DNA of 64,000 nt, taken from IMG/VR virus record IMGVR_UViG_3300027533_000013, positions 1 through 64,000 of that record; one strand, 5' to 3'. Positions 56,139-64,000 of this stretch are shown here, piece by piece. How positions within the stretch are numbered: position 1 is the first letter of the stretch; the number at the start of each line of letters is the position of its first letter. The position numbers and the translations under genes are program-made. The notes beneath the pieces were generated by a model, which had not been told where the DNA came from, did not search any database, and saw only the letters and a program-made list of their open reading frames with translations. This stretch comes from a virus. Taxonomy: Duplodnaviria; Caudoviricetes.

Positions 56139-56993
56139 ATGAGTATGGTAAATGCACGTAACTTGGGGTTTGGTGGTTCGGGCATTCCCGACACTTTGCC
56201 TCAAGCGATTGCCGAACTCCAAGGCATGAGACAGTCCGTCGTGGATGGAGCAGCGGCGGGTACGGTAATGGTCGTGCCGGGTATGGACCCTGAAGACCAT
56301 ATCGGTGCGGCTGTGGATCTGACGACCCCGGCATCGATTGACCCTTCAACACTGAGCGTGAAGGGGCGCAACGCTGAAGCCGTGATCACGTGTCTCACCA
56401 CCGCCGTGGACGGGAACACCGTGACGGTCAATGGTCGTGTATACACGTTCAAAGACGTCTACGTGCATCCCAGCTACAACACACCTCCCGGTGTGGTGCC
56501 CATCGACATTACGCCCAGCGGCAACGACGCCGAAGAGATGGCTGACAGGCTGGCCAAGGCCATCATGTCGGGTGATAGCAGCCTGACGGCCACCGTGGAA
56601 GCCGACACAGCCTCACCGCCAGCGATGACGAAGGTGCGCCTCAAGGTGCGTCAGCCCGGTACCGCAGGCAACGCCTACACGCTGACCGAGGTAGGCACCG
56701 CCGTGACGGTGTCGGGTGCCGTGTTCTCAGGCGGCACGGCAGAAGCTAGTGCAGGATTCGTCTGCACCGAGTCGCTGGCAGGCAAGAAAGTCCTTGTGAC
56801 GTGGTATGACCGTCATCCGGGAGTCGCCACTGCACCGCTGATGATGGAGTCGCAAGAAGTGGACGAAGAGGAAAGCCGTGTCTTGGGGAAAGTCGTATTC
56901 CGTGGCAAGCGTGAAGACGCCAAGGAAGACGAAGGTCGTGGTGACGACCGGAACGACAAACCCGGTCCCGGCAAGCCCAAAGTTGGCCGCTAG
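56139..56993 (+). CDS. virion structural protein (tail-associated)
   Basis: DGNTVTVNG.VYTF..A..LA.AI..GTAGN..FSGG, a module seen in tail/sheath-like proteins; AAGGAG RBS. Confidence 0.6.
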   Translation: MSMVNARNLGFGGSGIPDTLPQAIAELQGMRQSVVDGAAAGTVMVVPGMDPEDHIGAAVDLTTPASIDPSTLSVKGRNAEAVITCLTTAVDGNTVTVNGRVYTFKDVYVHPSYNTPPGVVPIDITPSGNDAEEMADRLAKAIMSGDSSLTATVEADTASPPAMTKVRLKVRQPGTAGNAYTLTEVGTAVTVSGAVFSGGTAEASAGFVCTESLAGKKVLVTWYDRHPGVATAPLMMESQEVDEEESRVLGKVVFRGKREDAKEDEGRGDDRNDKPGPGKPKVGR

Positions 56994-57020
56994 CTTCAAA
57001 AGGCATAGAGGAGACACAGT

Positions 57021-57854
57021 ATGAGCACCTTTGATGCGGCCAACTGGTACTTCAGTGGCCAAGGCGTAATCATGGTGGGGCGTCGTGACCCCATCACGGG
57101 CAATCCGATTGGGTTGCGTCCCATCGGCAACTGTCCTGAGATGCGACTGGGCATCGCCACGACAGTCGTGAACCACAAGGGGTCACAGGACGGCCAGAGG
57201 GCCACTGACGCTCGACTCCAGACCGAAGTCAACGTGACGTGCTCCATCACCGTGGAGAACTGGAACGCGAAGAACCTTGCAGAGGCCACTCGCGGCGACG
57301 ACATTCTGATTCCGGCAGGGACGGCCACTGATGAAGACATCATGGGCTTCCCCGGTCGTGTCACGTCGCTCCGCTACATCGACGTGAGTGCGGTGGTGGT
57401 TGAGCAGTACGGCACGCCACTGACGATGTACACCGATGGCACCGTGCCGTGGGACTACAAGTTGAATCCGGCAGCGGGTTCCATCATGTTGAACGACGGT
57501 GTGGCGATGGACTTTGCTGAATTCCAACAGGCATCGCCCATCGACCCTGCCGGTGACCCACTTACGGTGACCTATCAGTACGCCGAGCAGTATCTCGTAT
57601 CGGCTATGACCCGTCCGATCACCGACAATTGGCTGCGGTTCGAAGGTCTGAACACCATCGAGTCGAACAGTCCAGTCATTGTGGACGTGTTCCGCTTCAG
57701 CAACGATCCGCTGAAGGAACTCGCCCTGTTGTCCGACACGTTCGGTCAGTTCGTGATCGAGGGTTCGGTTCTGAAGGACGATACGCGGCTGGCGGGTTCG
57801 AATTACTTCAGCATCAAGAAGTTGAAGTTCGCTCCTGACAACGCGGTCAACTAG
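57021..57854 (+). CDS. major tail tube protein
   Basis: YFSGQG..IGNCPE, LRFEGLN..V.V..F..EG.VLKD; precedes chaperones and TMP. Confidence 0.8.
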   Translation: MSTFDAANWYFSGQGVIMVGRRDPITGNPIGLRPIGNCPEMRLGIATTVVNHKGSQDGQRATDARLQTEVNVTCSITVENWNAKNLAEATRGDDILIPAGTATDEDIMGFPGRVTSLRYIDVSAVVVEQYGTPLTMYTDGTVPWDYKLNPAAGSIMLNDGVAMDFAEFQQASPIDPAGDPLTVTYQYAEQYLVSAMTRPITDNWLRFEGLNTIESNSPVIVDVFRFSNDPLKELALLSDTFGQFVIEGSVLKDDTRLAGSNYFSIKKLKFAPDNAVN

Positions 57855-57874
57855 GAACGATTCGTGCTCACACG

Positions 57875-57907
57875 GGGTGGGTGGCAGGTGCCACCTACCC
57901 CATTTTT
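57875..57907 (+). terminator. rho-independent terminator
   Basis: GGGTGGGTGGC-AGGT-GCCACCTACCC then CATTTTT. Confidence 0.65.
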
Positions 57908-57934
57908 ATACTCGTCGGCCAACAAAGGAGTTGT

Positions 57935-58396
57935 ATGGCCAAGCAAACCGTTAAGATAGCGGACCTAGCTCAACTCGCACGACCCGTCGATATTTCTGAA
58001 GACCAGCAGATCATGGTGAGAGCTTTGAGTCTCCGTGAGATGGTGGGCTTGTTTATCGATTCTAGAGAAGTGTTTCTACCGTTGTATGCGGCAGGACTTG
58101 AAGGCAAGATGAGTACGGAAGAACTTGGTCCATTCTTGCTCACCGCGCCTGAAGTTGTCGCTAAGATTATTGCATTGGCTTCTGATGAACCGGATTCCGC
58201 CCCGGTTGTAGAGAAGCGTATGCCTGCGACCGTGCAATTGATTGCATTGTCCGAAATCTGGAAGGCGTCGGTACCCGACCCAAAAAAAGCGAGAGAGTTG
58301 TTATCCGAGGTGACAACTCTGTTGCAAAAGCTCAACGAAAAAGGCGAACAGTTGACCCAACCGATGCCTTCTCCGATGGCCTTGCAACCTCAGTAG
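57935..58396 (+). CDS. tail assembly chaperone (lambda gpG analogue)
   Basis: between tail tube and TMP; AAGGAG RBS; slippery A AAA AAA at 58282-58288. Confidence 0.75.
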   Translation: MAKQTVKIADLAQLARPVDISEDQQIMVRALSLREMVGLFIDSREVFLPLYAAGLEGKMSTEELGPFLLTAPEVVAKIIALASDEPDSAPVVEKRMPATVQLIALSEIWKASVPDPKKARELLSEVTTLLQKLNEKGEQLTQPMPSPMALQPQ

Positions 58397-58593
58397 AAAT
58401 GCTGATCGCTCATGGGCATCGTCTTGCGGACATCTGGGGCTACTCGATGAGAGCGGTACAGGTGTACGCGGATCTGATTGTTGCTCGTCAGCAGAGTGAG
58501 TTGCATGCGTTGACGGTAGCGATTCGTCATTCGCAGGGGACTGACCAGAAGATATTTAAGCAGTTTCTGGAAAGTTTACAGGGAGACGACTAG
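58282..58593 (+). CDS. -1 frameshift extension of tail chaperone (gpGT analogue)
   Basis: -1 frame is open from the slippery site into ORF 58399-58593 (LIAHGH..IWGYS). Confidence 0.75.
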   Translation, partial: KKSERVVIRGDNSVAKAQRKRRTVDPTDAFSDGLATSVEMLIAHGHRLADIWGYSMRAVQVYADLIVARQQSELHALTVAIRHSQGTDQKIFKQFLESLQGDD

Positions 58594-61500
58594 ATGAGTA
58601 ACGGCTCGTCCTCCGCGATGGAACTGAAAGTTCTGATCAGTGTGTTGCAGAATGGCACGGCTCTGCAAACGATGCTGGGTCAGGTCAATCAACTTTCTCA
58701 AGCTCTTTCGGCACTCCAACTCAAAGCAGCCACGGCAGGCGTAGCAGCGGGGGGTATTGGTGGGGGCACTGGGAACACCGCAGCGGCAATAGCCGCAGCC
58801 AATGCCTTAGCGGCAGCGTCAGGTAATGCAGCGGCTGGAATTACTGGGGCAGGGGCGGCGGCAGCGGCTGCGGCTCCTAAGATGTTGACACTTGAACAAG
58901 CCGTCAATAAAACGTGGAGAGCTATACAGTTTTTAGCTGGAGGGTTTTTAGCTTACCAGAGTGTTCGGTTTATAAAAAACATTGCAGATGTTGCTGCAAG
59001 AACAGAAGTTCTGAATACCGTATTGCACGTGGTGGCCCTCAATGCCGGGTATACGGAACAACAGATCGATAAAGTGTCCCGAGGTGTCCAGCGTTTGGGC
59101 ATCACTGCACAGTCAGCCAATCAATCGCTGACGCAGTTCCTGCAAGCCGGGTTGAAAATCGAATTCGCAGAACAATTGGCCCGAGCGTCACAGGATTTGG
59201 CCGTTGTTTCTGGGATGGACTCGTCGCAGACCTTCCAACGGTTGCTGGTCAACATTCAGCAGTTGGATACGTTGGGCCTGCGGCATATGGGCATCATTGT
59301 TTCCCGCACAGAAGCCGAAGCGAAGTTCGCAAATTCGTTGAAGACGTCAGTCAATGCTCTGTCACAGCGGCAAAAACAGGAATCCTTGATGATCGCTGTC
59401 ATCGAGAAGGCCCGTGGGCTGGAAGGAGCCTACGAAGCCGCGATGGGGAACGTCGGCAAGCAGTTGACGTCGTTGACTCGGTATACACAAGACTTGCGGA
59501 GTGAAATTGGTAAGCATCTGTTGCCAGCGTATTCCGCCATCATCTCGGAACTGTCGTTGTTTTTGTCCAAGATGCAGGATCTGGCGATTGCTAGTAGTAC
59601 CAATATGGATTGGGCTGAAAGGCTAGCCACGGTTACACGAACACTGGCGCATTGGTTTTTTCAGGTTGTCGAAGTCATCATCAAGTACCGTCAAGCTATT
59701 TACACCTTGGTTGCCGCGTACGGAGCGTACTGGGCTATTGTGACGGGTCGAGCGATCTGGGCACATCTCATTACGGTCGTTACAACGCTGACGACGAGCG
59801 TGCTCAGTTCGGCTGAAGCTATTGTGAAAGCGACACGAGCGACCTACGCTTGGATTGCCGCGTTGCAATTGTTACGAGGTGCTCAAGCGACTAATGCTGT
59901 CACACAGACTGGGCAATTTCTGTTGTTTCCCATTGAAAAAGAAACTCGGTTGGTTACCGGTATTAAGTCGGTAGTGGGGTGGCTGAAGACACTCGGTCTG
60001 TGGTTACTTGAAGCCAGTCGAATTTCGTTGGTGCTACGTGCGGCATGGGCGGGTCTTGTTCCAATTGTTGCAGGATTGGGACTCCCATTGATTGGATGGA
60101 TCGCTGGCATAGTTGCGGCAGTAACAGCATTTGGAGCGTTTACCGTTGCTCTGGTGAAGTTCACATCGGTCGGAACGATGGTGTCTTCGGTCATCGATAA
60201 GCTCAGGAATGCTTTTAGTGCGCTGACGAGGATTGGTATTGGTGACAAGACATGGGAGGTGTTGACGAACGCGGCAAACACTTTTAGTGATTCCATCACG
60301 CAACTGAAGATCAATATGGAAGCTCTGTTCAGGGTAATGGAGCAACTGCCCGGTAATCCTGTCAATAAGGTGAAACTTGGGCTGTCCATTATTGATCTGG
60401 CGATAGACGTAGAAATCGCCAAAATCAAGAAATTGATCGAGTGGCTTGAAAAGCTCGGCATTATTAAGGTCAAGGCTCCAGCCCCCGGAGAACGTAGTGA
60501 GGAATCTCTACGGCTGGAGCAGCAACTGAATGATAAAACGGCTGAATTGGCAGAAGCCAAAGAAGCTGAGGAACTTGCCAAAACGGCATTCGGAGCGGCT
60601 AATAAAGCCGGTAAATATTCAGAAATCAAGCGCACCGAAGAAGAACTAAAGAAGTTGTCCGAGGAAGTGAAGAGGTTGCTCAAGCAACGGGACGACCTCG
60701 TTGAAAAAAGTAGACAAACCGATCCTGAAGCCTTAGCAGCATCGGAAGCCCATGCCAGACGGTCGAAGTTTGAACAAGATTTGAACACTCTTGTTTCAGC
60801 GTCGAATGACGCCAAGACGAAGTTGTTGAAGGTCAATATTCTAGATGGCCTTATCACGACGAAAGAATTTGACGAGAAGCGTGGGCAATTGAAAGTGATA
60901 CTTGATGCCCTCGATAAGCTCCGAACTAGCGCGGCTCGTGCGGCAGGTATGGGGCGTACTGGGGCAGATGGAAGATTTGTCGCGCCACCGGGACAACCCG
61001 GCCTTACAACTCTCTCTGATGATTTACGAGGATTACGTGATCAGGCTTTGGCTAGTATTGAAGGAGCCAAAGTCATGTCGGGTGCTCCAGGCCTCATTTC
61101 AGATTTGAAGGGTTTTGATGAGGAGATGGCGAGGATACGACGCACCGTTACGTTGACGCCCAAAGATGAACAGTTGTTGCAGAATTTGGAACAGGTAGCA
61201 CGTCTGAGGGCAGAAGAAGGTGAACGCTCCGTATTGGCTCCGCTGACTGCGATTCGTAAAGCACGTTTTGAGGCTGTTGAGAAACAGTTGAGGAGCAGTC
61301 TGGAAGAACAGTTAGATATCCAAAAGAATGCGAATGAACAAGCGGAGACGATCAATAAAGAGTCACTAGAGCGTGGGTTGCTGTCCGTTCAGGAGTACTA
61401 CAACCGACGACGTCGAGCAGCCAGCGATGCGTATGGCATCGAATTGATGTTGGCGACTCAGAACGTCGAGGCGATGAAACGGAGAGTCGTTCAAGTTCGT

Positions 61501-62901
61501 GGTCAGGATGAACCAACACGAATTGCGGCACGGGAAGCTCTTGCAGAAGCTGAGCAACAACGTCGTCAGGTAGTAAACCAAAGAGCCACGTCAGTTACTG
61601 CGTTTGACGCGGAAGAACGTAACGCGATTTTGGCGTTTGATCGTAAGCGAACCGATGCAGCATTGGCGTCTGCTTCTGCCTATGGGAGTGAAACAGAAGC
61701 TCTGAATGCGTTGAATAATCAGTATCTGTTGCGGGTAGAGGCACTTGGTGGAGACATAGAAGCTGAGAGGATCGCTAAGGCCGAGTTGGTGTTGAACACG
61801 TTGAAGACGCAAATAGAGTTTGAAGAGCGAAGAACACAAGCTGAAATTGAGGCTACGAAAGCCAAATCGGCGTATTTGGACGTGTCACAGGCTGAAGTGG
61901 ATCTTGCCAAGCAAAGAATTGCCATTGGAGAAAAACTCGGTGCTCTCACCACGTATGAAGCGATGCAGGCGAGGAATGCACTGACTAACAGACAGATAGA
62001 GATTGATACGGCAAAAAAGGCTGGCAAAGAAGACGAATTAGCGCAGAAACGCCTGCAAGTGAAACAGGCGCAAGCGAATATCGACAAATTGATAACTGCT
62101 GGGTTTGCCGCTGACAACGAATTTATGCTGAAAGCGAACGCTGCATTGCGGCAGGCGCAGGCAGAAGTGTTGGGCTTGGAAACCGCTGTGCTCGGGCTGC
62201 AAGGGACCATTGAAGAAGGTCGAGCGGGTATTGAGAGCTATGGTCAGACACTCAAAGAAGATTTTGTAAAGGGGTTCTCTGACGCATTGACGCAGACCAT
62301 TACTGATTTCAAGAAGGCCGGGGACGCATGGATCAATTTGGGTAGGAGTATTTCGAACCAGATTGTCGATGTCTTTATGACCGCGTTCACTCAACGCTTG
62401 TTCGCCAAGATAGGTCTGTTTAAGTTTGTCGATGCGTTAATGAATCGTATTTTCGGAGGTGGTGGGGGTGGGGGTAAGTCGGGTGGACTTGGACTTCCGG
62501 GTGTCGTACCTACACCCTTCCTTGCTGGAGGTGGTCCAGTCAATGGCCCCGGCACAGGCACGAGCGATTCGATCCCGGCCATGGTGTCAGCCGGTGAGCA
62601 CATCATGCCTGCGTCGAAAGCCGCCAAGTGGATGCCCGTGTTGGAAGGTATCCGACTGGGCAGGATCACACCGGCCTTTGCACTGGGTGGCGTGGTGGCG
62701 TTGCAATCAATTGCCGCAGGACCAGTCATCCCAAGACGGTATGCCGGTGGTGGGATGGTTATGACCGATGCTGGCGCGTCAGCCGTGGTACCGGGTGCGA
62801 CCAACGGCAACATGACCATTGCGCTTCATCCTGACGCCCTGAACATGACGATGCGAGACTGGTTGGAGCATGAAGTCGTGCGTCAGCACGGGAGACGGTG
62901 A
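58594..62901 (+). CDS. tape measure protein
   Basis: 1435 aa, Ala-rich/coiled coil, hydrophobic middle, C-terminal GGPVNGPGTGTSDSIPAMVSAGE. Confidence 0.92.
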   Translation: MSNGSSSAMELKVLISVLQNGTALQTMLGQVNQLSQALSALQLKAATAGVAAGGIGGGTGNTAAAIAAANALAAASGNAAAGITGAGAAAAAAAPKMLTLEQAVNKTWRAIQFLAGGFLAYQSVRFIKNIADVAARTEVLNTVLHVVALNAGYTEQQIDKVSRGVQRLGITAQSANQSLTQFLQAGLKIEFAEQLARASQDLAVVSGMDSSQTFQRLLVNIQQLDTLGLRHMGIIVSRTEAEAKFANSLKTSVNALSQRQKQESLMIAVIEKARGLEGAYEAAMGNVGKQLTSLTRYTQDLRSEIGKHLLPAYSAIISELSLFLSKMQDLAIASSTNMDWAERLATVTRTLAHWFFQVVEVIIKYRQAIYTLVAAYGAYWAIVTGRAIWAHLITVVTTLTTSVLSSAEAIVKATRATYAWIAALQLLRGAQATNAVTQTGQFLLFPIEKETRLVTGIKSVVGWLKTLGLWLLEASRISLVLRAAWAGLVPIVAGLGLPLIGWIAGIVAAVTAFGAFTVALVKFTSVGTMVSSVIDKLRNAFSALTRIGIGDKTWEVLTNAANTFSDSITQLKINMEALFRVMEQLPGNPVNKVKLGLSIIDLAIDVEIAKIKKLIEWLEKLGIIKVKAPAPGERSEESLRLEQQLNDKTAELAEAKEAEELAKTAFGAANKAGKYSEIKRTEEELKKLSEEVKRLLKQRDDLVEKSRQTDPEALAASEAHARRSKFEQDLNTLVSASNDAKTKLLKVNILDGLITTKEFDEKRGQLKVILDALDKLRTSAARAAGMGRTGADGRFVAPPGQPGLTTLSDDLRGLRDQALASIEGAKVMSGAPGLISDLKGFDEEMARIRRTVTLTPKDEQLLQNLEQVARLRAEEGERSVLAPLTAIRKARFEAVEKQLRSSLEEQLDIQKNANEQAETINKESLERGLLSVQEYYNRRRRAASDAYGIELMLATQNVEAMKRRVVQVRGQDEPTRIAAREALAEAEQQRRQVVNQRATSVTAFDAEERNAILAFDRKRTDAALASASAYGSETEALNALNNQYLLRVEALGGDIEAERIAKAELVLNTLKTQIEFEERRTQAEIEATKAKSAYLDVSQAEVDLAKQRIAIGEKLGALTTYEAMQARNALTNRQIEIDTAKKAGKEDELAQKRLQVKQAQANIDKLITAGFAADNEFMLKANAALRQAQAEVLGLETAVLGLQGTIEEGRAGIESYGQTLKEDFVKGFSDALTQTITDFKKAGDAWINLGRSISNQIVDVFMTAFTQRLFAKIGLFKFVDALMNRIFGGGGGGGKSGGLGLPGVVPTPFLAGGGPVNGPGTGTSDSIPAMVSAGEHIMPASKAAKWMPVLEGIRLGRITPAFALGGVVALQSIAAGPVIPRRYAGGGMVMTDAGASAVVPGATNGNMTIALHPDALNMTMRDWLEHEVVRQHGRR

Positions 62902-63302
62902 TGGCGAGACTTCAATTCAGTAACACGCTCCGCAACGCCCGAGTCAATCAGGTAGAAGCCACGCTGGGCACGTCACCCAAGCTCCGTATTCTGGCTGGAG
63001 TGATTCCTGCGAATGTGGCGGCGGCAGAGACAGGTCTGTTGCTCTGTGAGATGACGTTACCGTCGAACTGGTTGACCAGTGGATCGAGTGGAGCCGTCTC
63101 AAAGTCTGGGACGTGGTCTGGAGTGGCAGAGGCCGGAGGCATCGCCACACATTTCCGGCTACTCAAGAGTGACGACACGGTGCATGCTCAGGGTGATGTG
63201 GGCCTGTCAGGCAGTGTTTCGATGGTGCTCAGTCAAGTAGACATAGATGAAGGTACCACTGTCACGGTGACCACTTTCACGTTGACGGACGGCAACGGAT
63301 GA
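62898..63302 (+). CDS. minor tail protein
   Basis: RNAR..LRI..G..P..GTW..G.ATHFRL..QG.V. Confidence 0.6.
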   Translation: MMARLQFSNTLRNARVNQVEATLGTSPKLRILAGVIPANVAAAETGLLLCEMTLPSNWLTSGSSGAVSKSGTWSGVAEAGGIATHFRLLKSDDTVHAQGDVGLSGSVSMVLSQVDIDEGTTVTVTTFTLTDGNG

Positions 63303-63568
63303 ATCTTGACCAGACGATCTGCTCGGCTGTTGCGGTGGTCGTTACCCCGCAAATTTTCAACATTACAGGCCAAATGTTGGACAATGGCGGGTGCATTCTG
63401 TGCTTTATTGGGGAACCTCACAAGACAATTGATTGGCGACTTCTGGAAGGGCATGCGACCCTGACGCCTTTCACCACGTTTACTGACAAGCTCGGTCGGT
63501 GCTCGTGTCGGGTGGATGCTCAGGGTTTTGTAGAAACCCTTGTGATTGGTGCGGCTTACGTACTCTGA
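63299..63568 (+). CDS. hypothetical tail-region protein
   Basis: coupled ORF. Confidence 0.5.
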   Translation: MNLDQTICSAVAVVVTPQIFNITGQMLDNGGCILCFIGEPHKTIDWRLLEGHATLTPFTTFTDKLGRCSCRVDAQGFVETLVIGAAYVL

Positions 63569-64000
63569 TGGCACTTCGACTTCTCGCCACCTTCCCGTTC
63601 ATTGATGCCAGCGGCAACAAAGCCGCTGATATGACGGTGCAGTATTGGTATCCGGGGGTGGGGTTGCTGTGCTCTGGGCATTTTAGTCAGTATGAGTCGT
63701 CGGGTGTGCATTTGGTCACGTTAGATGGCGTCTGTCGCAGACGTATGACCCACAATCGGACGTGGAGTTGGTGGCCGTCGAGACAACGTCTGCTCTGGAT
63801 GAGTGGCGGATACGAGAGGATGTATGAACCCAAGGTCTTTGCCGTTCAGCAGACGCATCCTGATGACCACATGGAAGTGAATGATTCCATCGGGGCACAT
63901 TACATCAAGTTGTTAGATCGTCGGGTGTTTGTTAGCCTCGGAAGGATTCACCACATCGTACTGGGAGGCACGCAAGATGTGGTTGAGTCGGATTTGTTAC
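63568..64000 (+). CDS. tail-region protein, truncated by window end
   Basis: TGATG-coupled start; frame open to end (MALRLLATFPF..). Confidence 0.5.
   Translation, partial: MALRLLATFPFIDASGNKAADMTVQYWYPGVGLLCSGHFSQYESSGVHLVTLDGVCRRRMTHNRTWSWWPSRQRLLWMSGGYERMYEPKVFAVQQTHPDDHMEVNDSIGAHYIKLLDRRVFVSLGRIHHIVLGGTQDVVESDLL

Noticed and set aside
56139-56993. Contractile tail sheath (myovirus)
   Set aside because: Too short and lacks sheath C-terminal domains; the tube/chaperone/long TMP arrangement fits a non-contractile tail.
1193-62715. The 14-bp palindrome as an integron-like cassette recombination site only
   Set aside because: Copies lie inside conserved cores of the polymerase, PPDK-like protein, phosphatase and TMP, where recombination would be destructive; a binding-site role fits better.
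1-64000. Numerous minus-strand ORFs in the track (e.g. 48677-49624, 59883-60857, 9536-10402, 47760-48572)
   Set aside because: They are antisense shadows of well-supported + strand genes, with no recognisable motifs.
1-64000. tRNA/rRNA genes, integrase/att sites, terminase, lysis genes
   Set aside because: None recognised; they may lie outside the window, so lifestyle cannot be determined.
1-64000. Host assignment
   Set aside because: Only generic sigma70 promoters and moderately high GC are visible, which is insufficient.

Overview
This window is a 64-kb slice of a large tailed dsDNA bacteriophage genome, probably a long-tailed siphovirus type. Essentially all credible genes are on the + strand. 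Layout: (1) 1-3.7 kb, end of an ATP-dependent DNA ligase plus small genes, including a stand-alone RapZ C-terminal domain and a DUF6011-like protein. (2) 4.0-16.7 kb, a detached cluster of fibre/appendage-like structural genes with many paralogues and a 23-aa repeat protein. (3) 17-32.6 kb, sigma70-promoter-driven early/middle genes: a truncated PPDK-like dikinase, two CX5R phosphatases, a bL12-CTD-like domain, a family A DNA polymerase and many small ORFs. (4) 32.7-64 kb, the morphogenesis operon: PBSX-type portal, an ~12-kb block of putative head-cargo effectors, XkdF-like protease, scaffold, capsid, neck, a glycosyltransferase/methyltransferase cassette, tail tube, frameshifted tail chaperones and tape measure. 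Two observations stand out. The first is the portal-to-protease block. It holds three HipA/PI3-4-kinase-like kinases, each followed by a member of one small-protein family (two of these with their own sigma70 promoter). It also holds an ART-like domain, an Acb1-like 2H phosphodiesterase fused to MuF, and a HEXXH peptidase. These proteins share a [YF]xx[VI]LK|[WF]..PR..G..G[RQ][WF] leader, which suggests a protease-matured, capsid-loaded effector/immunity array. The second is a 14-bp palindrome, TGCAATYRATTGCA, found about 21 times at 1.2-5.4 kb spacing across the window, both inside genes in different frames and over late promoters. All family assignments are by-eye motif recognition; no database searches were run.
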